DNA of 63,810 nucleotides, counting the filler, from Reticulomyxa filosa (lineage: Eukaryota; Protista; Foraminifera): the NCBI GenBank assembly GCA_000512085.1. It is 20 parts of 20 records of this genome, joined end to end, with 100 filler letters (N's around TTAATTAATTAA, not from the genome) between each part and the next. Parts side by side here need not be neighbours in the genome. Positions count along the whole stretch, not along the records: positions 1 to 6,892 come from ASPP01028201.1; positions 6,993 to 8,769 come from ASPP01002828.1; positions 8,870 to 16,895 come from ASPP01007525.1; 17 more parts are not named here. One strand, written 5' to 3'. The notes beneath the pieces are model-generated. The model was not told the origin of the DNA and did no database searches. It saw only the letters and a program-made list of their open reading frames with translations. The first letter of the stretch is position 1. The number at the start of each line of letters is the position of its first letter. The position numbers were made by a program, and so were the translations under genes. Of the stretch, positions 1-11,800 are shown in pieces.

Positions 1-469
1 TGGAACATTAAAGGGGCCCATTTGTATGTGGGGATAGATATTCTAATGGGGAAAAAAAGTAACACATTTTGTTAAAAGAAAGTTCGATCACTTTTCAAAA
101 ATTCTTTCTTTTTTTAATCAAAATGATTATTTTGTGCGAGATAAAAAAAGAATGTTCAAAATTTTACATTTTAATTTGTGTTTTCAGTTGTTTTATCAAT
201 TATCCTCTTCGATAACATATCGAATATTTTTTTTAAATATTGCTCTTATATGCGCGAACATGCAATTTTTTAATTTCGTGTTTGTGTAGTACGTATTGGT
301 GTTCATAAAGCGGAATGGACAAAGCTTTCAAATTTTGAAAGGAAGTTAAAGTAGTGATATGTTGATTTTGTTCAGTTTTTCTTTCATGAGGTTTTTTGTG
401 TTGCATTTCGACTAGCCATGCTGATGATTTTTTTTAAAAAGGGATGACCCCTTGAAAAAAGTATTTGCT

Positions 470-1550
470 ATACAATTTACATTGAAAATTCAAAGCAAAT
501 CCAGGATCAACTTAAAAAATTGATGAAATGGTGGCATCAAAGAGAACAAAATGACAAATCAGATATTATTGAAAAGTTCAAAATAATGTCAAGTGAACAA
601 TTTGAAGTGTGACTATTGAAAGAATACAAATGGAAAGACAAAATTACAAAAGAAGATATTGATTCTATTCGATTTACTATTGATGCTTATCTTTACTTGG
701 TTAGTTATTTTATTTTTATTTTTTATTTTTCTATCTTTGATTGAATTACAATAATAAAACATAAAATAGTTGACAGCATACGTGATGATGGATAAAAATA
801 AAAAGTTAATAAAAATGAAAGAATTGACATTTGAAGAAATTTTTCGTCAAACTCATAATTTTTTAGAATGGAAAGATTTGCAAAAAATGAAAAATGAAAA
901 TACAAAGTTTGAATTGTTTAATATGAAGAATAATATGATTGAATCAGATGAGACTGTAAGAAAAAATTTTGAAAATGCCGAACCTTCATTTCAATTACTT
1001 TGGACTCCAGAAATAATTGGAAAAACAAAAACAATAAAAAATGCATTGATGGATTTAAAGTCCAGGCATAAACTTCACAAAAATAAAAAAAATTATGATG
1101 CATTGATAATGATAATATCAGGACATGGAGATGATGGAGATAAGATCTCAATTAATGAAATTCGGGAATTCTTTGGTTGCAGACAAATAAATCTTTAAAA
1201 GATTATCCTAAAATATTTTCATTGATTATATCGTGGTAATACTAATCCTTAAGAGGCAGGCGGTCGAATAAAAGGAAAAAATGAAAATTAACAAAATAGT
1301 GCACACAATGGCAATTGCTTTTTAGTGATATGTCAACAACGAAAAGATATCAGATCAATGATTCAGCATTGTTCAGTGAAAGTATGAGAAGTACAATTGT
1401 TTCAAATTACAAAAGTGGTTGTTTTTTTACATCAAATGTTACAAGAAATCAAAAGTAATGCTACCAAAAAAATTGGTGGAACATATTACTGCGTGGAAAG
1501 TCAAGACACAACTGCTTATGACATTACATTTCAACAAAGAAAATCTATTT
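470..1550 (+). pseudogene. Degenerate caspase-like (peptidase C14 fold) gene
   Basis: LIMIISGHGDDG (catalytic His-Gly motif) at ~1100-1140 is followed by frameshifted DYPKIF-IDY-RGN at ~1201-1240, where PKxFxxxACRG is expected. A p10-like tail follows. There is an in-frame TGA at ~610, frameshifts, and a GT-AG intron at ~700-776. Confidence 0.6.
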
Positions 1551-1872
1551 TTTGTATAGGAGATATGTAAGCTACTTTGAGGTGTTTCTCAAACATTGGA
1601 CATATCCAATAGAATCAATTAAGTACTTTGTCCTTCTTTTCAAAAATATTTTTTCAGAGCTACTCCAATTTTAATGATAAAAAACTCCATTTTTTTGACC
1701 TCTCAAACCCCTTTCAAACATGTACATTTTTCAATGAAAGTAAATAATTGAATATTGTTCTATTTGTAATTCTTTGACCATTTGGTTTAGTGTTTCTTTT
1801 ACAATTATAAAAGTTCTAATTTCTTGTTCATCTTTTAAGATCGACTAGCATGATTTAAAAGAGTTTGAAAGC

Positions 1873-2912
1873 ATGAAGAATAAAAAGATACCAAATTCAA
1901 CACTTTTGGTAAACTTTGTTCAAAGATTTCGGCAATCTCTTCGTTTTATTTACATACATAATGATTTAATTTTTTTTTGATGAGTTAGCCAAAAATAAAG
2001 ATGAAAATAATTATTAAAAATTGAATTCGAATTTTAAATCTGAAATTAGGATGGATTGATCCTTTTGACGAAATTGTATTTGAATATGTTAAGTATTTAA
2101 TGAATCTTACTGTTATTATTACAAAATAACATTAACATTAAAAAAAAAAAAAAAAAAATAGATAAAAATTTTCAATTATTAAGATTGTTATGTGGACATA
2201 CCAACACGATGACTAGCGTAAAATTTTCATCTTGTGCAAATCGTATTGTTGTATGTTCAATTGATGCCATAATTCGATTATGGGATGTAAAATCAGAAAG
2301 AGAATTAATGTGTTTTAAAGGACATGCAGGTTCAGTGTTGGATGTGGACTTTTCTTCAGATGATAAATATCTTGTGTCATGCTCAAAAGATAATATAATA
2401 ATAATATGGAATGTGAATTCTGGGAAAGCGATTAAAAGAATACTCCATTATTCAAAGTTTGTACATTGTGTACAATTTTCACCAGATAATCAATTCATTT
2501 TATCATTGTTTAATGATAAAACAATTACTTTATATGATGTAAAATCTGAAAAAGTATTTAAAACATTTAAAGAATATTCTGATTATATCTCGTGTGCACA
2601 ATTTTCTTCAAATGGTCGATTTGTTGTGGCAAGTTTAGAAGATAAAACAATCCGAATATTAGATATAAATTCAGGAAAAGAATTAAAAAACATTGGAAGG
2701 ACATTCACATTTTGCTAAAGATGTTAAATATTTTTCAGGTGCAAGTATTGTATCTTGATCCAACGATGGAACTATTTGCCTTTGGGACGCAAAATCAGGA
2801 GATGAGCTGCAAAGAGTTTACGATTCCTAAATTTATATGTGTTGATATTTCACCAGATGGAAGCAAAATTGCGCTTGGCTGTTCAGATAACACAATTCAA
2901 ATTTGGGGATAA
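1873..2912 (+). pseudogene. WD40-repeat protein, disrupted
   Basis: Multiple GH...WD repeats (GHAGSVLDVDFSSDDKYLVSCSKDNIIIIWNV). Frameshifts at ~2690-2790 and an in-frame TGA at ~2022 in the N-terminal motif. Confidence 0.8.
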
Positions 2913-5307
2913 TACAATTCAATATAGATAAATTTTAAAAATATCTTTTTACTCCAAACTTTCTTGTTTCGTTTATATTTTGTGTTGATACAATTTACAC
3001 CTTTTCGTGTTGTTGTTTGATCGTTTTGTTGTTTCATTGAAAATTAAATCAATTCATTTGATTTATTTTAGATTTTCTTCTTTTTTTGAGAGTATTCATA
3101 AAGTACTTTTAAATAATAACAAATCACACTGAGACAAATGTATTTATCAATGAAAATAACAAAATTTTATAACTTTGTTAAAAATTACTTTTCTTTGCCA
3201 AGTACAAATTATGATCCAATTTCACGCACGCTATGGCGTCCAATCAACACTCCTTGTTTTCTTCTTCATCAGTCGATGCAGTATTGATATAAAAATGCTT
3301 TTAACACGACAAATAAAAAAAGTGTATAATATTTTTTATTTTTTAAAAAATAGCAAATTATTTTAAAAAAATAGTTATGTAGAATATTCAAAAAATAAGT
3401 AAAAAAGAATCTCCTTGTGCTGGCAAAGTCAATTGTTGAGTAATGGATAGCCTGTTTTCAAGTCCGAGACCGACTTACTGCATCATGTTTTTGCTGATGT
3501 CCCAATACACAAAGCATCATCTACGTTGAAGCTTCGATCATGAGAAGCGAAAAACAATAATTAAGAAATACATTCAAATATCCTGCTGGAACTATCACAA
3601 TTTATTTCTCACTAAGAATGCAAAGAAAATAACTGAAATATGATCCATACTTATACTCTTATTGCATTCACTTACATTTTTAACATTATTTCGGAATATT
3701 CTTTTTTTCTTTATGAAGTAAATCGCAGATTAAAAGAGATTTCAATGTATTTAGCCTAAAAATGCAAAGAGTTAAAATTCACAGATTTATTCTCGTTTAA
3801 ACATTCAAAAATAATCAACAATTCTACAAAACGAGTTTGAAACATCACAACTTTGCTATTGATAAACAGTCAATACAAAATTATTTAAATAAAACTTAAT
3901 ATTCAAAGTATCATCGAGTTGATAGCTAATTTTTTATCAAAATACAAATTTATCAACATTCTGTCCGCAATATTTGTTAGTAATGCAACTGCTAAACAAC
4001 GAAATATACTATAATTCTTTAACAAAAAGTTATTACAATATGTTGTGGCACGATCATCCTTGTTGTCTTGTTTCATAGACCTTTGAAAAATAATTCACTC
4101 AATTAATCCAATCTGATTTAATACAATACGCAAAAATTAATATCTTTTTATTGTGAGTAATTTCGATAATGAATCAAACATGTCAAAGATAAATATATAA
4201 TATATTTTTGTTTTCATTTTCTTATTCAGAGGTAACATTTTCGGTTATCTTTGATTTTGCTATTCTTTTCCATTCAACTTTAACCTTGTAGTTATTTTGT
4301 ATATTAATGCAATAGCTCATTTTGTAAATTTAGATTGAAAAAGAAATAAACACAAAATAAACATAACTTGTAATCATTTGGTAGTCTATCACATCAAAAC
4401 AAATTCCTCATCAAAAACAAAATTCTAATTTTTCAATTCTTGTAAAGAATGGTTGCAATCAAATAGTTTAAATCAAGACCCTAACCATTCCAAGAGATAT
4501 TGTTTATTCAAATAATTATTAAAATTTTTTATTCTGTGATATTGGCAACTTGTGTGCAAATTAGATAAACGAGACAATTTCTTGACTAGTTAAAATGGAA
4601 AATCCGATTGCCAAAGCTTGATTGTCATAAGAAACTAGAGCCACTCCAATTTGATATCTTTCTTTTCTTTTCTCGTCCTCAGCATTGCGCATGTTTGACG
4701 GCCTTAACGTAGGTTCTTGGTTATTGCTTTTGCTGTTAAGTTTTGTTTTGATATTGATTGGAGTTTAGAAAAAAACAAGACTCTTTTGAACAACAAAAAA
4801 TTGCTATTTTGATAAGTTGAAAACAAGACATTACTGTTTCAATTGCCTTTCAAAGTTTGGAAAAATTACTACTGCCCGTAATGCTTGCAATACAAACATG
4901 AAATCCTTACTTGTAGAAATTGGAGTGAGAAAAACTATTGTTGTATAAACATAATTTTGTATTTTGTCCATGTATCTTCAATAATGGGATATTTATGAAC
5001 TTTGGTTGAAGTATACCCATAAATAGTGTTTGCCATTTCTAATTACATTTGCTAACTGGTAAGATACTGATTCTTGTTAATAATAATGAACAAGTGTATC
5101 TTGTTTGAAAAAAATCACTTTTTAAAATAAACATAACTTTACATATTTTTCATTTTGATACACAGTGAAGCAAAAATTAGATTTTTTATGTTGCTTTAGC
5201 TTGTTCAAAAAAAAAAAACTTAGAAAAAAACTACCAAAAAAGCTTGGTGAAAAATTGCTCTACTACTCCAAAAAAAACAAAAGATTACGTACTTAAAAAA
5301 AAAAAAA

Positions 5308-6800
5308 ATGAGTAAAAAAGAAGTTAAAACTGAAGAGGCTCCACTTTCTTCTGATCAATCCTGCTTTGACAAACACTGGGTGCTGCAACTGAACGAAAAA
5401 GAGCAAGTCAATCATTTCATTTGTTTGATTTGCAAACAAGTTGCAAATCGTCCAGTTGACATTGATTGTCCTGAACATGAAGACACTGAAGAGCCATTAA
5501 TTGCTGGAGAGAACTGTCTAAAACAGTATCTCAAAAATAACAATAATACATGTCCAGTTCAACCTCATGATGGACCTCGGTATTCCAAAAATAAACCATT
5601 GAAAAAACAAATTGATGAATTAAATGTGATATGTCCACATCAATTTCAACAAGATTTAAAAATAACTAAAAATGAAGAAGGAGAAACAGAAGGGAAGACA
5701 TCACAAATACCAAATTGTAATTTCAAAGGCAAAATGAAAGAATTGAGTGGACATTTGGATAGTTGTCCGTTGAAACCAGTTGCATGTTGGTTTCAAACTT
5801 TCGGATGCAATTGCTTATGTGCTAAGGGGGAATTGGACAGTCATTTGATTTCAGAGATGAAGCAGCATTTTGATTTGGTTATCAAATACAAGGAATTTTT
5901 ACAACAAAAAATTTGGCATTATGAAGTTCGTTTTTTATTTTATGATATGAAAGATAAAATAAAAGATATCTATTTACATGTTGCAACGAATAGGAAGAAT
6001 TGAAGAAATTACAAAATAAATACACGCTGGAATCTGAAATAAAGAATATAAATATGTTGAATTTGGTAAATGAAAATAAAAATTTAAAAAACCAATTATT
6101 GCAATGTCGAAAAGATAGAGTTGACAGCGACGCGTATAAGGTTTGTTCATTTTATGTTTGAAATACAAAAAATAATAAAACAAGCATAATACATTGAAAT
6201 AGCAAACTCTGATCAGCAACGTGAAGAAATTGAATGAAAAAGTCGATTCAAAAAATAACGAAATTGAACAGTTGAAAACGGGGATAAAGTTGAAAGACAA
6301 TGAAATCGATATGATACGACAAGAAAAGCGTAAATATAGTAATGAAGTCGAATCACAAAGAAAATCTGTAGCCGAAAAAGAAAAACAAACGATAGAACAA
6401 TATACAAAATTACTGAAAGACAAAGATGAACAAATAAAGTTGAAAGACAATGAAATTGATATGATACGACAAGAAAAGCATAAATATAGTAATGAAGTCG
6501 AATCACAAAGAAAATCTGTAGCCGAAAAAGAAAAAAAAACGATAGAACAACATACAAAATTACTGAAAGACAAAGATGAACGAATTGACCTACTCCAAAA
6601 ATTCATGTCCTTCATTTTGCTATTATTATTTTGTGTTGCCTTTAAATAAAATAATTTTTTTTTTTATAATGTGTTAAAAGAATGGCAACTTAAGACATTT
6701 CCACTATCAATCCCATTTTGTGATTCATTGTGATCGTTATAACAAAAAAAAAAAACACCTGTACCGTCCATAGATGAACTCAGAAGAGTGACTCTAGGTT
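5308..6800 (+). CDS. RING/TRAF-type zinc-finger plus coiled-coil protein (multi-exon, 3' end uncertain)
   Basis: CLICKQV...CPEH...CL...CPVQPH RING-like segment and CNFKG...HLDSCP...[12 protein letters not shown] zinc fingers, followed by coiled-coil exons. Paralogous to the gene at 49828. Confidence 0.8.
6284..6583 (+). repeat. Two-copy 150-bp (50-aa) tandem duplication in a coiled-coil exon
   Basis: ataaagttgaaagacaatgaaat... starts at 6284 and at 6434; the copies are near-identical. Confidence 0.95.
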
Positions 6801-6892
6801 TGTTAAACTTTGTTACTCTACGAGGGAAAAAAAAAAGTTTTGAAAATTCATTCAAAAGAGTTTACACAATGCAAATTGTTTATGCTGTAAAA

Positions 6893-6992
6893 NNNNNNNN
6901 NNNNNNNNNNNNNNNNNNNNNNNNNNNNNNNNNNNNTTAATTAATTAANNNNNNNNNNNNNNNNNNNNNNNNNNNNNNNNNNNNNNNNNNNN
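6893..6992. other. Artificial contig spacer N44-TTAATTAATTAA-N44 (first of 19). Others start at 8770, 16896, 18676, 21335, 23608, 25521, 26771, 37531, 38727, 39888, 41401, 42628, 46010, 47955, 50903, 55422, 57185 and 62527
   Basis: Identical 100-nt N-padded linker with stop codons in all six frames. Confidence 0.99.
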
Positions 6993-8896
6993 AATGACAA
7001 TAACTACTTAGGGCCATGGCTTATTTGTCGCACAAGAGAAGCAATCGTCAAACAACTGGAGAAAGGCAGCCGTAATGAAGAAGTCTTCTTTGAAATGGAC
7101 GACTGTGTCTTGCTTAAAGACAAAAATCAATTGTCAAAGATCGTGTGAAGCATATTCAACGGACAGACAGTGGGGTAATTCAGTTCGTTGAGACCACGGA
7201 GTTTGCCAAAGGTTCAACGCCAATTGCGAGATTTGACCAAGGCCTTTTGAACTCAACTATCTCTTCATCACAACGTATACATCTTTTGTTTTGCTTGGGA
7301 ATGACTAAGATGTGAAAGGGATCAGCACAATACACAAATACAAAATAGTTTCAGTGTTATTTGCGTTAGACAGAAAAACGCTGTCGGATTTGGATAAGTG
7401 AATATATTCGCTATTTGAACACACGTCGCATTTATGAGTCTCATTTCAAAGTTCAAGCATTAGACCACATTGAGTCACATATGCCAATCCATGTGATATA
7501 CTATCATGTCGTCGACCACATTTGGCGTGGTCATGGAAAATCTATTAAACATTAAGAAAACAGATTCATCATCAGAAAGTATGAAGTACCTGTCTTACTC
7601 AATCTTTTTTGACAGTAAAACTAAGAGAACATTTCATGGACTTATGAATGACATGGCAGAAAGTATATCAAGAATTCCTGGCCTCTCAACACATGGCCTA
7701 TATGAAGTTGAGCAAAGAAACGGACGCAAAGCGAAAGATTGGACAAGTGCAAGAGATAAACTACAGCGAGCAAAAAGAAGCGCACAAAATGAACCAACGA
7801 GCATTGGAAACAACATTTGTGAAATCAAGAAAAGAGGCGAAAGATAAGATATGCTTTGGTTTTCAATGCAAATACCGCAATTGGCTCAAAGTGAAACTAT
7901 TGTAAAATATACATACAAATGCAAATGCAAATGCAGTCATAAAAAATGTATCAAATGATAATGATTTGACAATGAGTGATAGTGACAAATTATTTATCAA
8001 TTTTTTGAAAAGCACTTATGTAAACCACTATATTTCGAAGACAAAATAACGGAGCCTGTTAATATTCAGAGTGTTCTTCACAATTCTCAATCTTATCCAA
8101 AATATTTCCTTTCCAATCTAGTGTTTTATTGGCTGAAAAAGATCATTGTGCGTATACTACATACATACATACATAAACATAAATATATTTGTATGTATAT
8201 GTATACATGTATATGTGTGTAAACTCTTTTTTTAAAAAAATTCTTTGCTTGTATTTGAATGAATGGGTTGAATTGAATATAGATTATACAATTCTGGAAA
8301 GAAAGAAATGGTTTGGACACTCGAAACCCTAAAAATATTTGAGATTGACACGCCATTTTCCGAATACGAGAATAGAGCCATCGGAGGGAAGGCAGCCCTG
8401 GTGAATAGCAGCAAGCATCTACTCAAAGAGTTTGGCTCTAATGTCGAAAATCAGACTTCAAAAGTCTCCGAATATGACTTATCATTTGACTCCAGGAACA
8501 AAAAGAAGTTTAACACTATTTACTTGTCGTTGGAATCAATGGCTAACCAGGTGCACATGGCCCTCAAGTCTCAATGTTATGAAAAAGAAAAACTAATTTC
8601 AGCATTTTAAAAACATTTTGTTAATTGTAATTTTTTCTTTATAAAATTGAAAAATTTGAAGTCTAATTTTCTTTTAAATTGAAATTACTCCTATCATATT
8701 CTAGCAATAAAAAACTAAACATAATTTTTTTGATAAAAAGTTTGATTCACATAATAATATGGTAATATTNNNNNNNNNNNNNNNNNNNNNNNNNNNNNNN
8801 NNNNNNNNNNNNNTTAATTAATTAANNNNNNNNNNNNNNNNNNNNNNNNNNNNNNNNNNNNNNNNNNNNAAAAAAAAAATAATGGACAAAAGTGAT

Positions 8897-11800
8897 TTAT
8901 TTGAGTTGATTATTTATAACAACAATGCTTGGCAAAGAGGGATTAGCATTCGACACTAAAGATTGCTGGTTATTGTTTTCTGGAACGTATTCAACAACTT
9001 CCTCAACAACATAACGACGACGGATGACCATAGCATCTTTCCCAAGAACAATTTCTTTGTAAAATAGGAACAACACTTGGTAAATAGCTTTGCCTTTAGC
9101 AGCCTGTGGTTTCCAAAGAGCGAGGATGTCATGAACAAATTTGGCCAATTTATCAGCAACAAGTTCGAGCGGCGCTGGAAGAATTAAAGAATTGACATCA
9201 ATGGAAGAATCATAGCGGTCAGCTTTTTCTTTGATTTCCTTTTCGTCGGCCCATTCACAAATGATATCATTGATATCTTGAAGAGCACGTTCGGAGGCTT
9301 TTTTGAGATTGGCCCCTTTTTCGGTGGTGGGTTTCCAAGCACGAACCAGCTCGTAAAAATCGTGACTAAGTTTGGGATTTTCAATTTCAGTAAATTCTTT
9401 CAACGTAGTGAATCGTTTCAAAGTTGCCTGCATTTCCACATATACATCATAGTCTTTGAGAAACAGTTTGACATTATGAAAGCGATGATGTGTTTTGGAT
9501 TTGGCATTGAAAAAGTCTTTATCTTCGGAGACAATCATATTAAATTCAGGAGCGCTCTTGACGACATTGACAGCTGCTTCCAAGCTGAATGCATGCGGAC
9601 ATAAAATAGTGAATCGACCAATGTCAAACACGCAATTGAAATCCCCGTCATAATCGGCCTCGATTTTCTCTTGCAGTCTGCCATCACCTTTCAAATCGGG
9701 CTTGGCAATGATGACCTTGTACTTGGCGAGTTCCGAGAGCAGTCGTTGCAAATCAGGACTGCTCATCGCCTTGCGACTTCGTTCGATCAAATCCTCCAAA
9801 CTGGTCGCGTGTTGTCTAATCTTCCTGGCCTCCACAGCCAAAATGTCATTGGGTTTAAGCGCATACGTATACTTGTAGTTATTGCTAGGAGGGATGACAT
9901 CAGTACGTCGAAAGAAGGTTTTGACACTATACTCGGCATTGAAGAATTGGATCTTTTGAATGCCCTCGATGCATTTCTCTTCGCAAGTGGGACAAATGAA
10001 TAATGCCTCACTATTGATCAAAAAGGGTTCATCACCTTTACGCGTGTATCCAAGATTGATCCACGTGGGTAGTTTGTTTCTCGCAGCTAAGCATTTGTCC
10101 GTGGCATTTTTGCAAAAACCGAGCAGATTTGCACCAGAGTCAATTTTGCCAATTTCTTCGAGTTTTATGCCGTGTTTGAGCGTATCTTCATTGTTGTTTG
10201 TGTTAAGTCTTTGAGGAATTCCCTCTTCCTGGCCCTCGATCATGACCGACCCCTCCTGCGAAGCAAATGCACTCTGTTGTGAATGCACATCAACAACAAC
10301 ACGTCGATCACCACTAGCATTCGGTGCCTGTCTTCGTCGTTCGTGTTCGAGTTCCATTTCGTGTTCCTGTTCCCGTGTTCTTTCCTGTTCCCGTTCCTTT
10401 TCGCGTTCCTGTCGTTCTCTTTCCTGTTCCAGCTCGCGTTCCCGCTGCTGTTCGGCATACCGACGCTGTCGTTCCAGCTGTTCCTCGAGATGCTTCCTCT
10501 GATCCTCCTGGAGTTTGCGTTTGTGTTCCTGCTCCTGCATTTGAATCTCGTATTCGCGTTGACGCTGCATCTTCCGCTTCTCCTCCATGTACCGCATACA
10601 CACGGTGCGTATAGCGAGCATGACAGATCCAAGGAACACCACAGCGCCAAGGATGGAGCCGTAGATGATAGCGGACGACGTCGAGGAGGAGGATGAAGAG
10701 CTACCCGAAGAGTGTCTAGATGAATGCGAAGGAACTCCAAAGTAGTACCATTGTGCACGAATGTCACTTTCGCATTCGTAAAAAAGGACGAATGCAGCAT
10801 CGGAGAGCACAATGATATTGGGCGTGGTACATAAATAGTAATCGCCGACCTCAAACTCGGGTCCGATTCTACTGCCATCCGTGCCAAAGTATTGGCCAAG
10901 AGTCGACGCCGTGAGTCCCCAATACACGATAATAAACGAGCTGTTGGTGAACACGCCAATGCGAGGTTCGTTGAGACTGTAGCTGCTATTGCTGAGCTGC
11001 ACTTCATCGTACTTGACCATCGAACTGCTAAATCGCTGTCCGGAGATGGCGTATCTGGTATCTTCTTCGACGTAATCTTGATACGCGAACAGCAACTCGC
11101 CATTGGGCAGCAATGCCACGGTGGGGTTCTTTTGTGCTTGATACGTCCTGCTGTTCACTAAAAACAGTGATCCTGACACTGATCCGTTCGTTCCTCGCAC
11201 TTGCCCATATACATCTGGCTTGTTGCTACCATCATTAGCATTACATGCCAATGCCAATACCACCTCTTCTTGTGAACTCAATGCCATACTGGGGACGTTC
11301 GCATCACTCGTCGTCCAACAATTATTCACCACAAACTCGCTGCCCGATTTTGCGCCGTTGCTATCAAACACTCGCCCGTGCACCTTGTAGTATTCCATCG
11401 TCGAGTTGTACATCGACCACGCCACAATGAATCCTCCTGATGGCAGGCTCATCACCACTGGACTTGTTTGTGATGCCGTGTATACGCGGTCACTGGCGAT
11501 AAACTCGGACCCAACCTTGTTCGTTGCACTGCTGAAACGCTGACCATGGATTCGGTCACTCGACGAATTCGTATCACTCGTTTGCCATACCACTACGAAA
11601 CCGCCATTGCTCAATGCACTCACCCATGGGCTTTTTTGGTCGTCTGTTTTATACGTATTAATCACAAAGTTTGAATACACTTTTTCTCCTGTGCTCTTGT
11701 ACAGCTGTCCATAAATGTCGTACGTCCCGTCGCTTGTGTGCCGGTCCTCCCATACCACTATTATGTTCCCATTCGATAGCTGCGTCGCGCTTGGAGACGT

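Noticed and set aside
600-2030. TGA at expected Trp positions as evidence of UGA=Trp recoding
   Set aside because: These genes also carry frameshifts, TAG replaces Trp elsewhere, and intact genes (U2AF65, TLDc, Rab) end in TGA.
3400-4800. Possible decayed minus-strand gene
   Set aside because: There are coding-like patches, but they are too disrupted to assign.
6993-8610. Short ORFs on contig 2 as a transposase or gene
   Set aside because: The sequence is fragmented with no motif I can support.
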